From Utricularia gibba (taxonomy: Eukaryota > Plantae > Magnoliophyta), in the NCBI GenBank assembly GCA_002189035.1, contig NEEC01000009.1, positions 2,356,001 to 2,420,000 of the forward strand: DNA of 64,000 nt. Reading direction: 5' to 3'. The stretch's first letter is position 1. Every line of letters starts with the position of its first letter. The notes below the pieces were generated by a model. The model searched no databases. It was not told the origin of the DNA and saw nothing but the letters and a program-made list of their open reading frames with translations. Made by a program: the position numbers and the translations under genes. Shown here one piece after another: positions 39,531-51,923 of the stretch.

Positions 39531-40680
39531 AGAGCAATTATGAAGATGAAATGAGCCATGAATCTTCCAACTGTAAGATGGATCTTCGCTTCCTGTTGGC
39601 CTGTTGACGTTCTCAGTCATCCCTGAAAAGAAAGCATCTGAAACCACTCAGAGCCTGTGTTTAATTACATTCAAGGCCAGGGTATATTTTAAGATGTGAA
39701 GCAAGGGAATAAAATATTATACAACATTCCATCCCATTCTCTCTATATTTTCCTGCAGCAACAGAGATTTATAAAACACGAAATCATCCATACAAATCTC
39801 ATCAATTTTTTATTTTCCGCTGGCAAAGTCTCTCATACCAAACACAAATGGAAAGAAAGATTCCTCTTCACAATAAAATGAGTATGTTTTTTTTTTATTC
39901 CACGTATATCATCTCCAGAATGCTTTTCAAGATTCAAATTAAAGTACTATACCTATCCGTCTTAAGTCATGGAATCTGTAACCAGGATCTCCAAGTTTGA
40001 CGTGCCTTTATAAGGTCACTACTTCTGCGCAAGTGCTCATTGAGATGCTTCAGAAAGAACGCAACTTCAGTTGTAGCACAGGTTCCAGGGAAGATACAGA
40101 AATACATGGAAGGCTAAGTTTCAGCCTTAAAACTCGCCAGATCTCTGCCATTGCCAGGAGTAGAGCAACTGAAACATTAACTGTTGTGAATTGACCCCAC
40201 GACTATTCCTTGTCTGAAATTCAATTGAACAGATGAAAATTATTCCACCCGGGGAATAAAACATGTTAACACAAAGGGGTAGGACTGTCCCCAATGAAGA
40301 CAATTCAGCCAGCATGACAACATGCGAAGCCAGCTCACAATTTGACAATAATTTAGACAGATGGACAGATGGAAAGATAGATGAAGTCGTAATTTCTCAA
40401 AATGAACGGGAAGTTGAGATCAGTAACATGCTTCAAAAAAAGAAAACGCAACATACCAAAATATTATGGAGTGAAAATAGTTGAAAAGCCTGAGAATTGA
40501 CATTATTTCAACATCCATAGTGGATGGACCTGAACCAGACTTTACCAACCAAGCAAAAAGATGTTGAGCCCCTTCACGTTTCCCATCACTTCACAGAACC
40601 TGAATAGTAAAATCTGTAACCAGCTACATTAGGAACCATGTATAGTGATGCAGTGACGTAGGTCGAGACATTAGGCATAA

Positions 40681-40754
40681 TCCTATTCTCTTGGACTTCT
40701 CAGAATATCATGTGTGCTCCTATTCTCGTGGACTTCTCAAAATATCATGTATGC
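40681..40754. repeat. 37-bp tandem duplication (2 copies, 3 mismatches) inside the PPR pseudogene
   Basis: TCCTATTCTCTTGGACTTCTCAGAATATCATGTGTGC / TCCTATTCTCGTGGACTTCTCAAAATATCATGTATGC. Confidence 0.9.
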
Positions 40755-41160
40755 TCTGTTTGTTTTTCATCGTATTCTCAGAATAGCAACCACGCATAGG
40801 TTTCTCATTTCCAGAAACAAACTTTCAGCATTTATAGCTTCATCCTTGGTAAAGCAAGCTCCAACGAATGTAGCATATCACAACGGCATTGGGTATGAAA
40901 CCCATATTGCGGATTTCGCTCAGTATCTCAAAACCCTCGTCTAGATCCCCGTTCAGGCAGCAACCCTTCATCAAAATCCCAAGACCCAAATGTGTACTCA
41001 GCCAATCGAACTTCATCAAAACGCTAAGCGCGTACTCTGCCAACCGAACAGCTCCCCCTGTTTTTCTCAAAAACCCTCGAAGACCCATCAAAGTTGTTAG
41101 CGAAAACCCTTATAGCAACTACATCATCGAACACGAACCAAGTTTGTTCTTAAGGAGTAA

Positions 41161-41180
41161 ATTGCCCTTTAAAGGGCAAT
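41161..41180. repeat. Perfect 20-bp palindrome
   Basis: ATTGCCCTTT-AAAGGGCAAT. Confidence 0.95.
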
Positions 41181-41673
41181 GAGCGTCTCGTAAACCAGAG
41201 ATTAATTACAATTCTTGACCTCACAAATGAAGGGTAGACACGAGATTGTAAACAACGAAGGCGTAGGTTTACCAGATATCATCTCAAGAATACATTCTGC
41301 TATTGAGGGAGAGCAGGTAGTAAACGATCATGGAACCGCCAACTGGTTAGGTGTAGAGCACTTCCGCAGGATTCAGGAAGAAGATAAACAGGGAAAGCGC
41401 CTTCCGCGGCGGCGATTTGAACATTCAAGGGCTTGATCACTCCGGCCTGGCGTTTTCGCCACACCCATACCTTCAGATTCTCTACAGCTATGAAGTATCC
41501 CCGTGCTGTGTGCGGTGCATGGAGATGAATTTTGTCTTATTGTATACCCATTTGACCAAATTTTACATTACTCGCTATGAAATTAAATATAATTTGTGTA
41601 CATGAAAATATGCCCTAATTAATAAAAGAGAGCGGCTTCGACCCGAACCCGAATCCGGACGCTCCGCTCCATC

Positions 41674-42567
41674 TCACATCCGGTTCCTGCGAAATACCGC
41701 GCCCAAATTCCAGAAAAACCTACGCAGGCGGCCGCCCCTCCTCCGCCGGACCCACTCGAATTCCGTCGATACGCCGCTGCTGAGGTCTAATCGGCCATCT
41801 AACTCCGAGAAAACAGTCGGCATCTCACCGTAGGAAGCTCCCACAAACCTCCCGACTGCAAATCCGCCGCCGGGCAACCTCCATATCGTGAGACCGAAGG
41901 GCTCCGCGGCGTGGTCTGAGTTTTCATTGGAATCGCCGCTCGGCAGCTTGAGGCGACAGATGGGGCACGAATTATGGAGATTCAGCCAGGGGACTATGCA
42001 ATCGGTGTGGTAGATGTGCTTGCAAGGCATTTCACGGGCCTCAGATCCGAGATCGAAGGCCTCCGTACACACCGCGCAGTGCGCGTCCGAGTCCACGTGG
42101 CTCTTCCCAATCTCCACCGTCGGCAACGCCGCAACGGCGTGTTTGCTCGCCGGCGGATTCTCTGAGCGCGTCCACAGACTAATTCCGATCTGCGACAACC
42201 GGTCAAGCATCATCTCAAACCCCGATCCCAGCAAAGTCGCCGACACGGCCGGCGGCACCGGGCGGAGCCCCAAACCATCGGCGTCGTCATAGTAAAGCTC
42301 ATAACTCCTCCCCTCAGCCCCGTCCTCCGATTGCTGCGTAGGGTTCCGAAGGACAACCAGTGGGTTGAAAGAGAACCCTCTCCGACGGCGCCGGTTGAAT
42401 CCAGACCGTAGCGGTTGTGCAGGGGTAGTAGCCATCTGCATAAATCCTCCACGGCAGTGGGGGCAGAGCAGCTCCGACTCCGAGGCGACCGCGGAGACGA
42501 CTCTGGTGCACTGAAAACACCAGTAGGAAGAGGCGGAAGGCGTGGAAGACGGGAGCTGAACCTCCAT
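41674..42567 (-). CDS. RDUF: RING-H2 E3 ubiquitin ligase, RDUF type (zinc ribbon + RING-H2 + DUF1117)
   Basis: YWCFQC..CPHCRGGF, SFNPLVVLR, YELYYDD, NPPASKHAV, CAVCTEAF..EMPCKHIYHTDCIVPWLNLHNSCPICR, GLTIWRLPGGGFAVGRF; intronless. Confidence 0.93.
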   Translation of the reverse strand: MEVQLPSSTPSASSYWCFQCTRVVSAVASESELLCPHCRGGFMQMATTPAQPLRSGFNRRRRRGFSFNPLVVLRNPTQQSEDGAEGRSYELYYDDADGLGLRPVPPAVSATLLGSGFEMMLDRLSQIGISLWTRSENPPASKHAVAALPTVEIGKSHVDSDAHCAVCTEAFDLGSEAREMPCKHIYHTDCIVPWLNLHNSCPICRLKLPSGDSNENSDHAAEPFGLTIWRLPGGGFAVGRFVGASYGEMPTVFSELDGRLDLSSGVSTEFEWVRRRRGGRLRRFFWNLGAVFRRNRM

Positions 42568-44421
42568 GGGAGAAGCACAGGCGGATTTGGGGACTGCGTA
42601 TTAGTAAGAGAGGGGAGGAATTTGTCCTTTTTTGTCTAAGCGCTTGCGTTGCTGCCTTCGCGGCGACAGCGCAAATGAAAGATCCACCTAAAATTTCACG
42701 CGTCAATCCAATATAAATATAATACAAAAAAATAATTAAAATTATTATTCTTCTCATCACTCAGAACGTAGGAGAAGAATAGTCAGTCAAACGAGACCGC
42801 CGCCGCCGCCACCGGCCGAAGGAGGAGGTCGCCGAGATGCTTCTTGTTCATTATCTTCAAATAATATTTTGTCCGATGCTTCAAAAAATAAATAAATTCG
42901 TGATTCGAATATTCTCCCAATTTTTTAATTAACATTTTTAAAACATGGTTGGATATAGTTGTGTTGATGCATCAATCATAAATTATTTAATATTTAAACA
43001 ATCAAATGAAAAATATAATTTATTTCATAAATATTTAAATTAAAATAATTCTAATATCTATAAATACAAAAAAATTAACATTGAAAAATCGGATACATAT
43101 TATTTTATCTTTATAATTCAAAACGATTCAATCATGATTAACAATAAGTTCGTATTACTAACGATTTATAATTTAAAACGATTTAATCGTAATTTTTTAG
43201 AGTGGACTTGTTAGGGAGAAGGCGTCTAAGGTATTAGCGGTTGTTAATTGCTAGGAGTAGGGTTTGGCGTTAACACATTGGGTTATCTTTTAGGGCACGG
43301 CCCCTCCCTCTCCCTCTCCCCCATCCCTACTCCAATTATTGATCGGCAGGCCATGTCACTAGGTGGGAGATGCTCCCCATTCTCGGAAAGGAATTTCACC
43401 GTCCAGCACGCGGCTCTTTCCGGTGGGGGTACTGGACGGAGCTCGCCTTCAATGCGTCGAATACGGATGCGCAATCGTATAGTCACTCGATCCGGCGAGG
43501 GTTTTGAAACTTGATTGTTGGGTTCTGGTTTACATGAGGAGGAGCAGCCGCTGTTAATGCATTTCTTCGTAGGGGACGCGGCTGCGCCGAATGCAATTAG
43601 TGGGCGTGTCGCTCTTTCATTGATTCCCTCCTTTTGCGTGCGGTCCGTGTCAGTGTCCATGACCGCGTCCGGGTGCTCGATTTTAGAGACAGAGAGAGAA
43701 AGGGGTGTGTGTTTGTATGTACGGAGGATGAAAAAGGGGAAATATCAGAATTAGGAAGTTTTTAGTGAGATTTGAAATTTTGGGAAGGAGGAAAATTTTA
43801 ACCTGAGGAGCGAGTCACTGCATTTAATTGACCCACTCCTCTTTCTTTCTTCGTGAATCGCCAGTGGACAAACAAAACCCTAAAGGGGGTTCTATGCTAG
43901 AAAAATTCGCCGCCACATAGTTCTTGTCATCGCTTATATGTGTAACTGTGTGCTTCCTAATTCTCTTCTTCATCCTCTTCCTACACCCGGGTCCTCTTCT
44001 TGGGCACCTATGGTTCTGTGTGTACTCTGGATTATCAGACTGTGTGGGTATTCGATATCTTGAAGGATTGTATTCAAGGTCACTAATCGGTTGTAAAGAT
44101 GTTTTCTTTCGCTTCAGGGGGCACCGGGTATGATAAATTTGTGTATATGTTTCGTTTTGGTCGATTGTTTCTCTTCCGGGTTTCACTTCTGTCAGTGAGG
44201 AGCTTTCTCGGGAACCTGATGGTCAAAGTTTTTCTTTTTTTGTAATTTTTGTGACTGAAGATCTAATTTTCCCACAAGAAGTCTTGGACTTTGCATCTTG
44301 TAGCCATGAATCTGATCGAGTTTTTCTTTTGGTAGGGGTTCCGCGATGTTCTCCGTTTGACCTGATTACAGTCTGTATATACAGTAGTCGGTGAATATTA
44401 TTTTAACCTGGGTTTATTGTC

Positions 44422-47400
44422 ATGTTATCTGATTTGGGTAGAAGACCAATGATCGGTAACAATGAAAAATCATTTGGAGATAACTTTGAGATGGGGTTCT
44501 TGCTCGGAGATCAGAGCAGGCAAGAGGCTGATGATCGTGAAAGGGAGTTGAATTTGTACAGGAGCGGATCAGCTCCCCCGACTGTTGAAGGTTCCCTAAG
44601 TGCTATTGGTGGTTTTTTGAAACATGGGGACAGTGGAGTCCTTGTTTCCCAGTTCCCTGAGTTAGCCAAACAGAAGGTTGGCAACGGATTTCTGTCCGAG
44701 GATGATCTTAGGTCTAATCCATCGTATTCTTCTTATTACTACTCAAATGTCAATCTTAACCCAAGGCTGCCTCCTCCTCTGTTGTCAAAAGAGGATTTGA
44801 GGTTTGCACAGAGGCTGCAAGGAGGGAATTCCGTAATTGGGGATAGGAGGAAGGCAAGGACTGAGAGTAGTAGCAACGGGAAAGGAGCCCCTTTTCAAAT
44901 TCCTCCCGGTTTTAATGCTAGAAAGCAAGATGGTGAGGATGACAACAAAATTCTGGGGACTTCGGATTGGGAAAATGATGGACTTGAGTTGCCTGGGTAT
45001 GGTTCGGGTAGCAAGCAAAAGAGGCTTTCTGATACCTTCAATGTCAGTAACTTGTTTCATGCAGTGCATTTCACATTTTCTTATTCCATCTCTATTAATG
45101 AGCATTTACATTCATCAATAATGAAGTTTTATTATGGATTTCATGGGATGCCTTTGTAATTTTTGTCCATTCTTTTGGTATTGCTTATATTAGTGATGAT
45201 TAAATGTCGTTCGCTTATTGGGGGAGGATATTGACGTGAGATGTGATTTATAATGGCTTCATCCATTTTAAGTTGTTTATATCTGTGTAGGAAGGCTTGA
45301 GCGGCTCCAATCACCCAGATGGTGCAATGGGTGACACGTCCGGCGTTTTGGGGTCAGCTGAGGCGGAGTTGGGTTTTCTTCGTAATGATTTTACTCACTC
45401 TGATCCTATCCACTCCTTGTCTCCGATTCACAGCTCATCATCTGGCCATCATGCTAGAGCCCCTGCGTCATATCCTCACGCTAATGCCCTGGGAGCTTCA
45501 TTATCAAGAAGCTCAACTCCTGATCCCCAAAGCATTGCAAGAGTTCCCAGCCCATGCCCGGGAACCATTGGTGGAAGCAGACCAGGTTACTCAGAAAAAA
45601 GAAATGTTAATAGCCCCAGCATTTACAGTGGGGTATCTTCTAAGGGTGATGAACCCGGAGATCTTGTTTCTGCATTGGCATGCATGAACCTTTCAAATGG
45701 AATGGAGGGCGAGGACCATAATTTCTCTTCGAGTTCTAAACCTGATTATCTCTTCAATCTTCATGATGGGAAAAATGATTTCAGACAGCAGGGTTTTGCA
45801 AAAGAGACTGGGCATGCGCATATGATGGCTGCACATTTGAACCAAGAAAGTACGGTTTATCCTGATTCTGGAATTGGTGATGCTGGTTGTTTGGACTTCA
45901 CTGGAAATGTATCTTTACGGGCTGAGATTAAGAAAAGCACCAATGCTTCAAGTAAGCGCTATGGGAAGGGGTCCCCAGGTGCATCCAGTAATGGTGCGGG
46001 CATGTTGCCTTCTCAATATGGGCATCTGGATAGCCCTAATTCATCATTTTCTAGCCGTGGTCTTGCTGGATATGCCAGGAGCCCTATTTCAGGCCAACTT
46101 GGGAGCCCAAATTTGCCACCATTGTTTGAGAATGCTATTGGTGAATCTGCTATGGCACTACAGGGAATGGAAACCAGGATGTCTCGAGGTGCAAACCTTA
46201 ATGCAATGGCTGAACAGAACCTGAACAGAGTTGGAAACCAGCTGGCTGGGGTATTTTGCAGCCACCTTTTGTGGATCCCTTGTACCTTCAATATCTGAGT
46301 GCCGCTGAATATGCGTCGCCGCAGGTTCCTGGTCTTAATTATCCATCTGTTGATATGAATTACATGGGAAATTCATACATGGACGTCTTTCAGAAAGCGC
46401 ATCTTGGGAATTTGTTGCCCCAACAAAGATCTCAATATGCTGCACTGTCAAGTGGAAACTCTACTCAGTCAATCCCTCATGGTTACTTTTCTAGTCCAAC
46501 ATATGGATTATCATATCCTGGTGATCTTCTGGCCAACCATGCTGCTTCAAACTCTTTTGGGTTGCCTACCAACTCTTTGAGGCATGGTGATTATAATATG
46601 CGCTCCCTTGGTGGGACGAGAAACTTCTCTGGGAGCGTTTTCGGTCCTTGGCATTTAAATAATATTGATAATAGGCATGATTCAACGCTGCTCGAGGAAT
46701 TTAAGAGCAATAAGGCGAGATGTTTTGAACTTGCTGAAATTAGTGGTCATGTCGTTGAGTTTAGGTATCACTTTCACAATATTTTACTGAATTCAGTGAG
46801 GGAAAGATTGATGATTTAATCTTTCCATTTTAATGTTATCAAACAGTGTTGATCAATATGGAAGTCGGTTCATTCAACAAAAGCTTGAAACGGCCACCAC
46901 AGATGAGAAAAACATGGTTTTCGAAGAAATCTTCTCTGAAGCTCTTACACTGATGACTGATGTTTTTGGTAATTATGTCATCCAGAAGGTAAGAACCAGT
47001 CTTTCTTTGGTCCAATCAGCGTATGATGATGACTTAATTTTACTATTTTTCTTTCTTAGTATGTTCAGTGTTTCTAAATTGCATTATTTGGTGTCCAGTT
47101 TTTTGAGCATGGATTGGCGAGTCAGAGAAGGGAGTTGGCTAGCAAGCTTTTCGGAAGTATACTGACTCTAAGCCTCCAAATGTATGGTTGTAGGGTGATA
47201 CAAAAGGTAATACTAACCTAAAAAATTCCATCCTGTCTTCTCTTTGGTAGGTGATGGAGGCTGCTTTAGGTTTTCCTTTCGAATATGATGAGCCCATCAG
47301 CACAAACGCCTGGAAACTACGTGTCCTTTTATTTTAGATTGAATCTAATTGTTAATAAGTGATCTGTGTTTCTAACTTTTGTAGGCAATAGAAGTTGTAG

Positions 47401-48887
47401 ATGTGGATCAGAAAATAGAAATGGTGAAAGAGCTCGATGGGCATGTAATGCAATGTGTACGTGACCAGAACGGGAATCATGTAATTCAGAAGTGTATAGA
47501 ATGTGTTCCTGAGGAACATATAGAGTTTATTGTCTCAACGTTTTTTGACCAAGTTGTTACCCTTTCAACACATCCCTATGGTTGTCGTGTAATACAGGTT
47601 AGATACGTGCTTGTATATTGGTTTAGAATGCTATCCTTATCTCTCCTCCTGGATTTAAGCTCATCTCATAATATGTTCATAACCATGAAATTTTACAGCG
47701 AGTTTTGGAGCACTGTAAGGATGAAAAAACTCAGAGTAAGGTGATGGAAGAGATTCTTTGCTCTGTAAGCATATTGGCGCAAGACCAATATGGAAACTAT
47801 GTTGTTCAGGTTTGGGAATTATTATTGACTTTTTGAAATTTTATGGACCTCTTTCTTAATTGAAAGAATCTAGGATCTGTTCCCTTGTAATTGATTAACC
47901 AAGTTGTGTCACCAACCGGTTGCTGTTTTGGCTCCCATTTAACCCTTTGGATTTACCTCATGATTTTGTAGTCAATGTTTGATTTTTCAAGATTTGAATT
48001 TTTGTCTTGTCCTGTACATTTGTTTTAAATTTGGTGTTGTGATAATCTTGCCTTGAATCTGTTTTTTTTTGTGACTTCCAGCACGTGCTGGAGCATGGGC
48101 AGCCGGATGAGCGATCGACCATAATTCAGGAACTAGCGGGGAAAATCGTTCAGATGAGCCAGCAAAAGTTTGCATCCAATGTTGTAGAGAAATGCTTAAC
48201 TTTTGGTGACCTTAGCGAACGACAACTGCTGGTGAATGAAATTATTGGAACGACTGATGAGAACGAGTCCCTTCAGGTGCCTTTTAATTTTACCAGTACC
48301 ATCTTTACTGTCCATTTTGTTGCAGTCTTTTACATGTTGCTGGGATGCTGAAATAGTGTCCAAGGCTTCCTTTGCATTTGAAGTAACTACATTTTCTCTT
48401 TGATTCTGGATTCTTGAAGTGCTTATTTTGAAATTTGTTCTATGTTGAAGCTTGGATATTCATCCATTGTCTATATTCATGCCAACAGGCTATGATGAAG
48501 GACCAGTTTGCAAACTATGTTGTACAGAAAGCACTTGAGATTTGTAGTGACCAGCAAAGAGAGCTGATTTTGACAAGAATTAAGGTTCATTTGAATGCGC
48601 TGAAAAAATACACTTATGGAAAGCACATAGTTGCCCGTGTAGAGAAACTCGTTGCTGCTGGAGGTCAGCAGTCTATACTCTTTTAGTCTTTTGTTTGCGC
48701 CAACTCTCTTTCTGATTGATGTTTTGGAGTTAATTGATTGATCTTTTTCAGTAGCTGGTAGGATTTCTTGATTTACTGAAAAATCCAGATTTTCTGAATG
48801 GCAAGTGGTCTGAAATCTAACACATGGTCCTTTTTATGTTTTTCAGAGAGGAGGATTGCTGCTGGTCAATCCTTGAACCAGATTTAG
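44422..48887 (+). CDS. PUM: Pumilio/PUF RNA-binding protein, APUM1-4 type, multi-exon; apparent -1 frameshift at 46248-46251
   Basis: [44 protein letters not shown]; eight repeats SRFIQ, NYVIQ, CRVIQ, NHVIQ, CRVIQ, NYVVQ, SNVVE and NYVVQ (canonical UGUANAUA code); ends KLVAAGERRI. Confidence 0.96.
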
Positions 48888-49402
48888 AGAGGAGGGAAGA
48901 AAAAGAGATTGTACAGCTAACTGAGGCAAGTTTGAACTACCCTCTCTTGTCTTCCTTTCCTCATGTATTATCATAGGAAATAAACATGTACTGAAAAACC
49001 TGAATAGCTCTAGGAGTGTGTGCTCCTTTAGGAGTCCTGAGAGGGCATTTCATGCTCCTTCGCCTGTATTCTAATCCTTTCTATCAAACTTGAGTTCCCA
49101 AAGGAATGACATGAGTGTGCTGTACTAATTTGAGTGTTGGCATTGCTTAATTCTATAAGCATGATGGTGATCAATGAAAAAAACACAAGTGCCATATTTT
49201 CATGTAAGTAATAGTTTCATAGAGAGGAAAAATGGTGCTTGCTCATATCAGTTTGCTCTTCTAGTACTCAACTCCTCCAACAAACACGCTCACCTACTCG
49301 AAAGTTCTTTCCATTGTCTTTGGTAATCTTCAACTGTTTCTTCGTCACATCTGTTTGGAACAAAATGAAATTGCAGAGCCGCATGAGAGAAGAGTGAACC
49401 CA

Positions 49403-50043
49403 TTAGGAGTCTTGCTCCTGTTGTTGCTGTTGTCCAAAGCCTCTAGGTCCATTTCTTGCACTCCCCACAGAAACTTTTCCCTTCTTCCCGCCCCTGGTTT
49501 TCTTCTTGTTTGCAGCAGCCTCTTCTTTCTGAAACTTCTCATTTTCCCTTTTATCCAGGAAGTCTGTAATTGCAATGTAGATAACCTAACGAAGGAGTGC
49601 AACATAACCAAATTTCAGTAGAAGGAAATGGCAGACAAACTGTGATCATAAAGAATGCTGGGCAACATCCTTACCCCTACAGTGAGAATAGATAAAGCTA
49701 AGAAGGCGATGAAAAAAAGACCCGATTCGATTGTCGAGACGAGGTCGTTATCACTTGTCGTCGGAATTGACTGGATTGGGCTTGCTGCCGATTCGATTGT
49801 CGAGACGAGACCGTCATTTGTTGCCGCCTCAACTGATTCGATCGGGCTTGCCGTTGCCGAGACCAAGACAATGCGATTTCTTGCATTGGCTTTGCAACCG
49901 AGTGATGATTCTGCGAAGGGAAGAGGAGTAGCTAAACGGGGACTCATTCTGCGACATCGAGTCTTGGGAAGAGAAGGAAGAAGAAGAAGCAGAGACTCGT
50001 AGTGAAGAACGGGAGAGTTAGCTAACGGCGCCGCCATCGCCAT
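49403..50043 (-). CDS. Uncharacterised, probably plastid-targeted single-TM protein; exons 50043-49675 and 49585-49403
   Basis: Transit-peptide-like N-terminus; TM LFFIAFLALSILTVGVIYIAITDFL; basic tail KRENEKFQKEEAAANKKK..GPRGFGQ. Confidence 0.85.
49722..49853. repeat. 66-bp in-frame tandem duplication (22 aa x2) in the coding exon
   Basis: CCGATTCGATTGTCGAGACGAG at 49722 and 49788; protein ASPIESVEAATNDGLVSTIESA / ASPIQSIPTTSDNDLVSTIESG. Confidence 0.9.
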
Positions 50044-50589
50044 GGCTTATCACCTGGAGAAGCTTACAAGAGACTTCTCTCCAACTGGAGGAGACACGTC
50101 TTCTACTCGGTGGCTTGGGATCGCGCGATTTCGGATAAGATGTAATATTTACGTTTTACCCCCCAACATTGTCTTAATTTCAATTCAGTCCCCAAAATGC
50201 CCTAAAATGATTATTCTCATATCGTCCGGTAACTCTAAGCTAGTTTCACCGATCGATCGGAAAAAGGATTAATGATAATGATCAGTCAAATTTGACGATC
50301 TGGCCGAAAGTATAAAAACCCACCATCCAAAACTTAGATTAAAATCATAATATTTAATCAAGGGCAAGTGCACTTTTGAAAGAAACAAAGGAATGTAGAG
50401 TTGAAGAATGATTGTTGTATGTACAGAGGAGCATCGCCAGCCAGCCATCTTCAATTATTCATTCATTGCCCTTTGGAAAACAACAACCGTGTACCATTCA
50501 TTACCTTTGTAGCACGGGACCGGCCCCAGCATTTATTGTGTTTCTTACCCAATCTCCAAGGCAACATCTCTCGGCTACCGCCAGCTTTA

Positions 50590-51923
50590 TCAGTAAGTCC
50601 ACTCCTGTGGTAACTGCACCGACTCCTCAGCCTCTGGTTGCTGTTCATCTGCAACACCAGGAAGTCTCAGATCAATTGCATTGTTTCATGGAGCGCAGAG
50701 CTTGAATGTAGAACAACTCAGAGATGAGGGTAGGACCAAGGAAAGTTGACTACACAACATGTGTTGGAATGGTGGGTAGGCTGTTAATGCTATCCATCAC
50801 ATAGGATATAGGAGGAAAGAAGGAAACCAGGAAACAAGCATTCCCAAATCTAGAAGTAGGGAAGCAGTTGCACCTTTTGCAAGGAGTACCATGGCCATGG
50901 GGGATCCCACTCCAGGAGATGATGAGTCTGAGTGCAGTCTTCTGTTGTGGTGAAGCTCCAGAAGCTCTAGAACTCTTGTGGGGATCAGAACGGTGGAGTA
51001 GGCTGCGAAGCAGTGAGTGATATCAGTGTGATCTTGTGGCAAATATCTTGAGTTCTAAGATTCTGAATATAGAAAACAACTGGGGCGTGACACAGTTAGG
51101 CGAGTGACAGATGCTTGGGACCAACGTTAATGCAGTAACTTGGGAACAGGCTTCAAATGCATTTTGAAAAAGATACCATCTTTATAGAAAAAGATGCCAA
51201 AATAAGGTGTTGGTTGGGTTTAGTGGACCTGATTTCTTCCGGAACCCGACGGGGACGGTGTTTACTTGAGGAAGAAAAACTCCGGTACCGGAAACCCCGG
51301 TTTTGGGTGACTGGAGAAATACAGCTCGCATACCGCGCCCCGGGTGGCTCCTCCTCTCTGTAGCATTACTTCCATTGCGGTTTTTGGGGAAGCTTTGAAC
51401 GGTTGAATTTGGGGAAGGATTTTTCACTTCGTAAACCTAGAATTCGAGATCCAATTCAATTCCAATGGTGAATCTCTTCCTTCTGATTCAGATTTTAGTT
51501 ACCTGGTCACCAACTGAAGAATCCAGAGAGCACCCCTGTAAGTTAAGTTAACCAGAAAAAAAGACAAGGTTGAGTTACAGAGTTGTTAACATCAAGCGGC
51601 CGACGTAATCTAATTCTTTGTTGGGTTCACCTGCGACAGTTGAGTCGGCGCGGAATCATCTCGAAGCATGCACTCAGCCATCTGCCTCGTCAATTCCGCG
51701 GTGAAATCCCCTCATCGACCTCCGAGGAGCAAAGCTCCGACGCAGCCGAGGAAGAAGACGAATCCCAGGCGGAGAAGAGCTGGCTGCTGCCACTGCTCCA
51801 GCTAGAGCTTCGCGACTGTGATTCTCGTACCACTGCCGCGGCCGCCTTTACGTTATCGTTAGCGGAACAGGAACTAGCTTTGAAGAGATCAGCATAGAGC
51901 AAACGGTGCTTCGGCTCCGCCAT
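50590..51923 (-). CDS. Uncharacterised plant protein family (At5g59050/At3g54000-like) ending LPQEWTY; five exons; apparent -1 frameshift at 51708-51711
   Basis: Motifs DFTAELTRQMAECML, GMRAVFL..GTGVFLP..RKKS, STVLIPTRV and LPQEWTY* joined by GT-AG introns in phase. Confidence 0.85.

Larger units (their letters stand above)
40480..41470 (-). pseudogene. Decayed P-type PPR gene, most similar from memory to Arabidopsis At4g11690 (ABO8)
   Basis: Colinear fragments MFKSPPRKALSLF, ILEMISGK..LFT, VYETLI, YTFG/ILMKGCCLNGDLDEGFEILSEIRNMGFIPNAVV/YATFVGAC...AESLFLEMRNLCVVA and MVPNVAGYRFTIQVL*SDGK..A..L...LVKSG..PS; many stops and frameshifts plus a large internal deletion. Confidence 0.8.

Noticed and set aside
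43248-43760. ORFs in the GC/GA-rich region between the RING and Pumilio genes
   Set aside because: Low-complexity translations with no domain; explained as the divergent promoter region
50900-50930. SSSPGVGS resembling a CEP peptide motif
   Set aside because: It lies inside an exon of the LPQEWTY-family gene, with no signal peptide or terminal His
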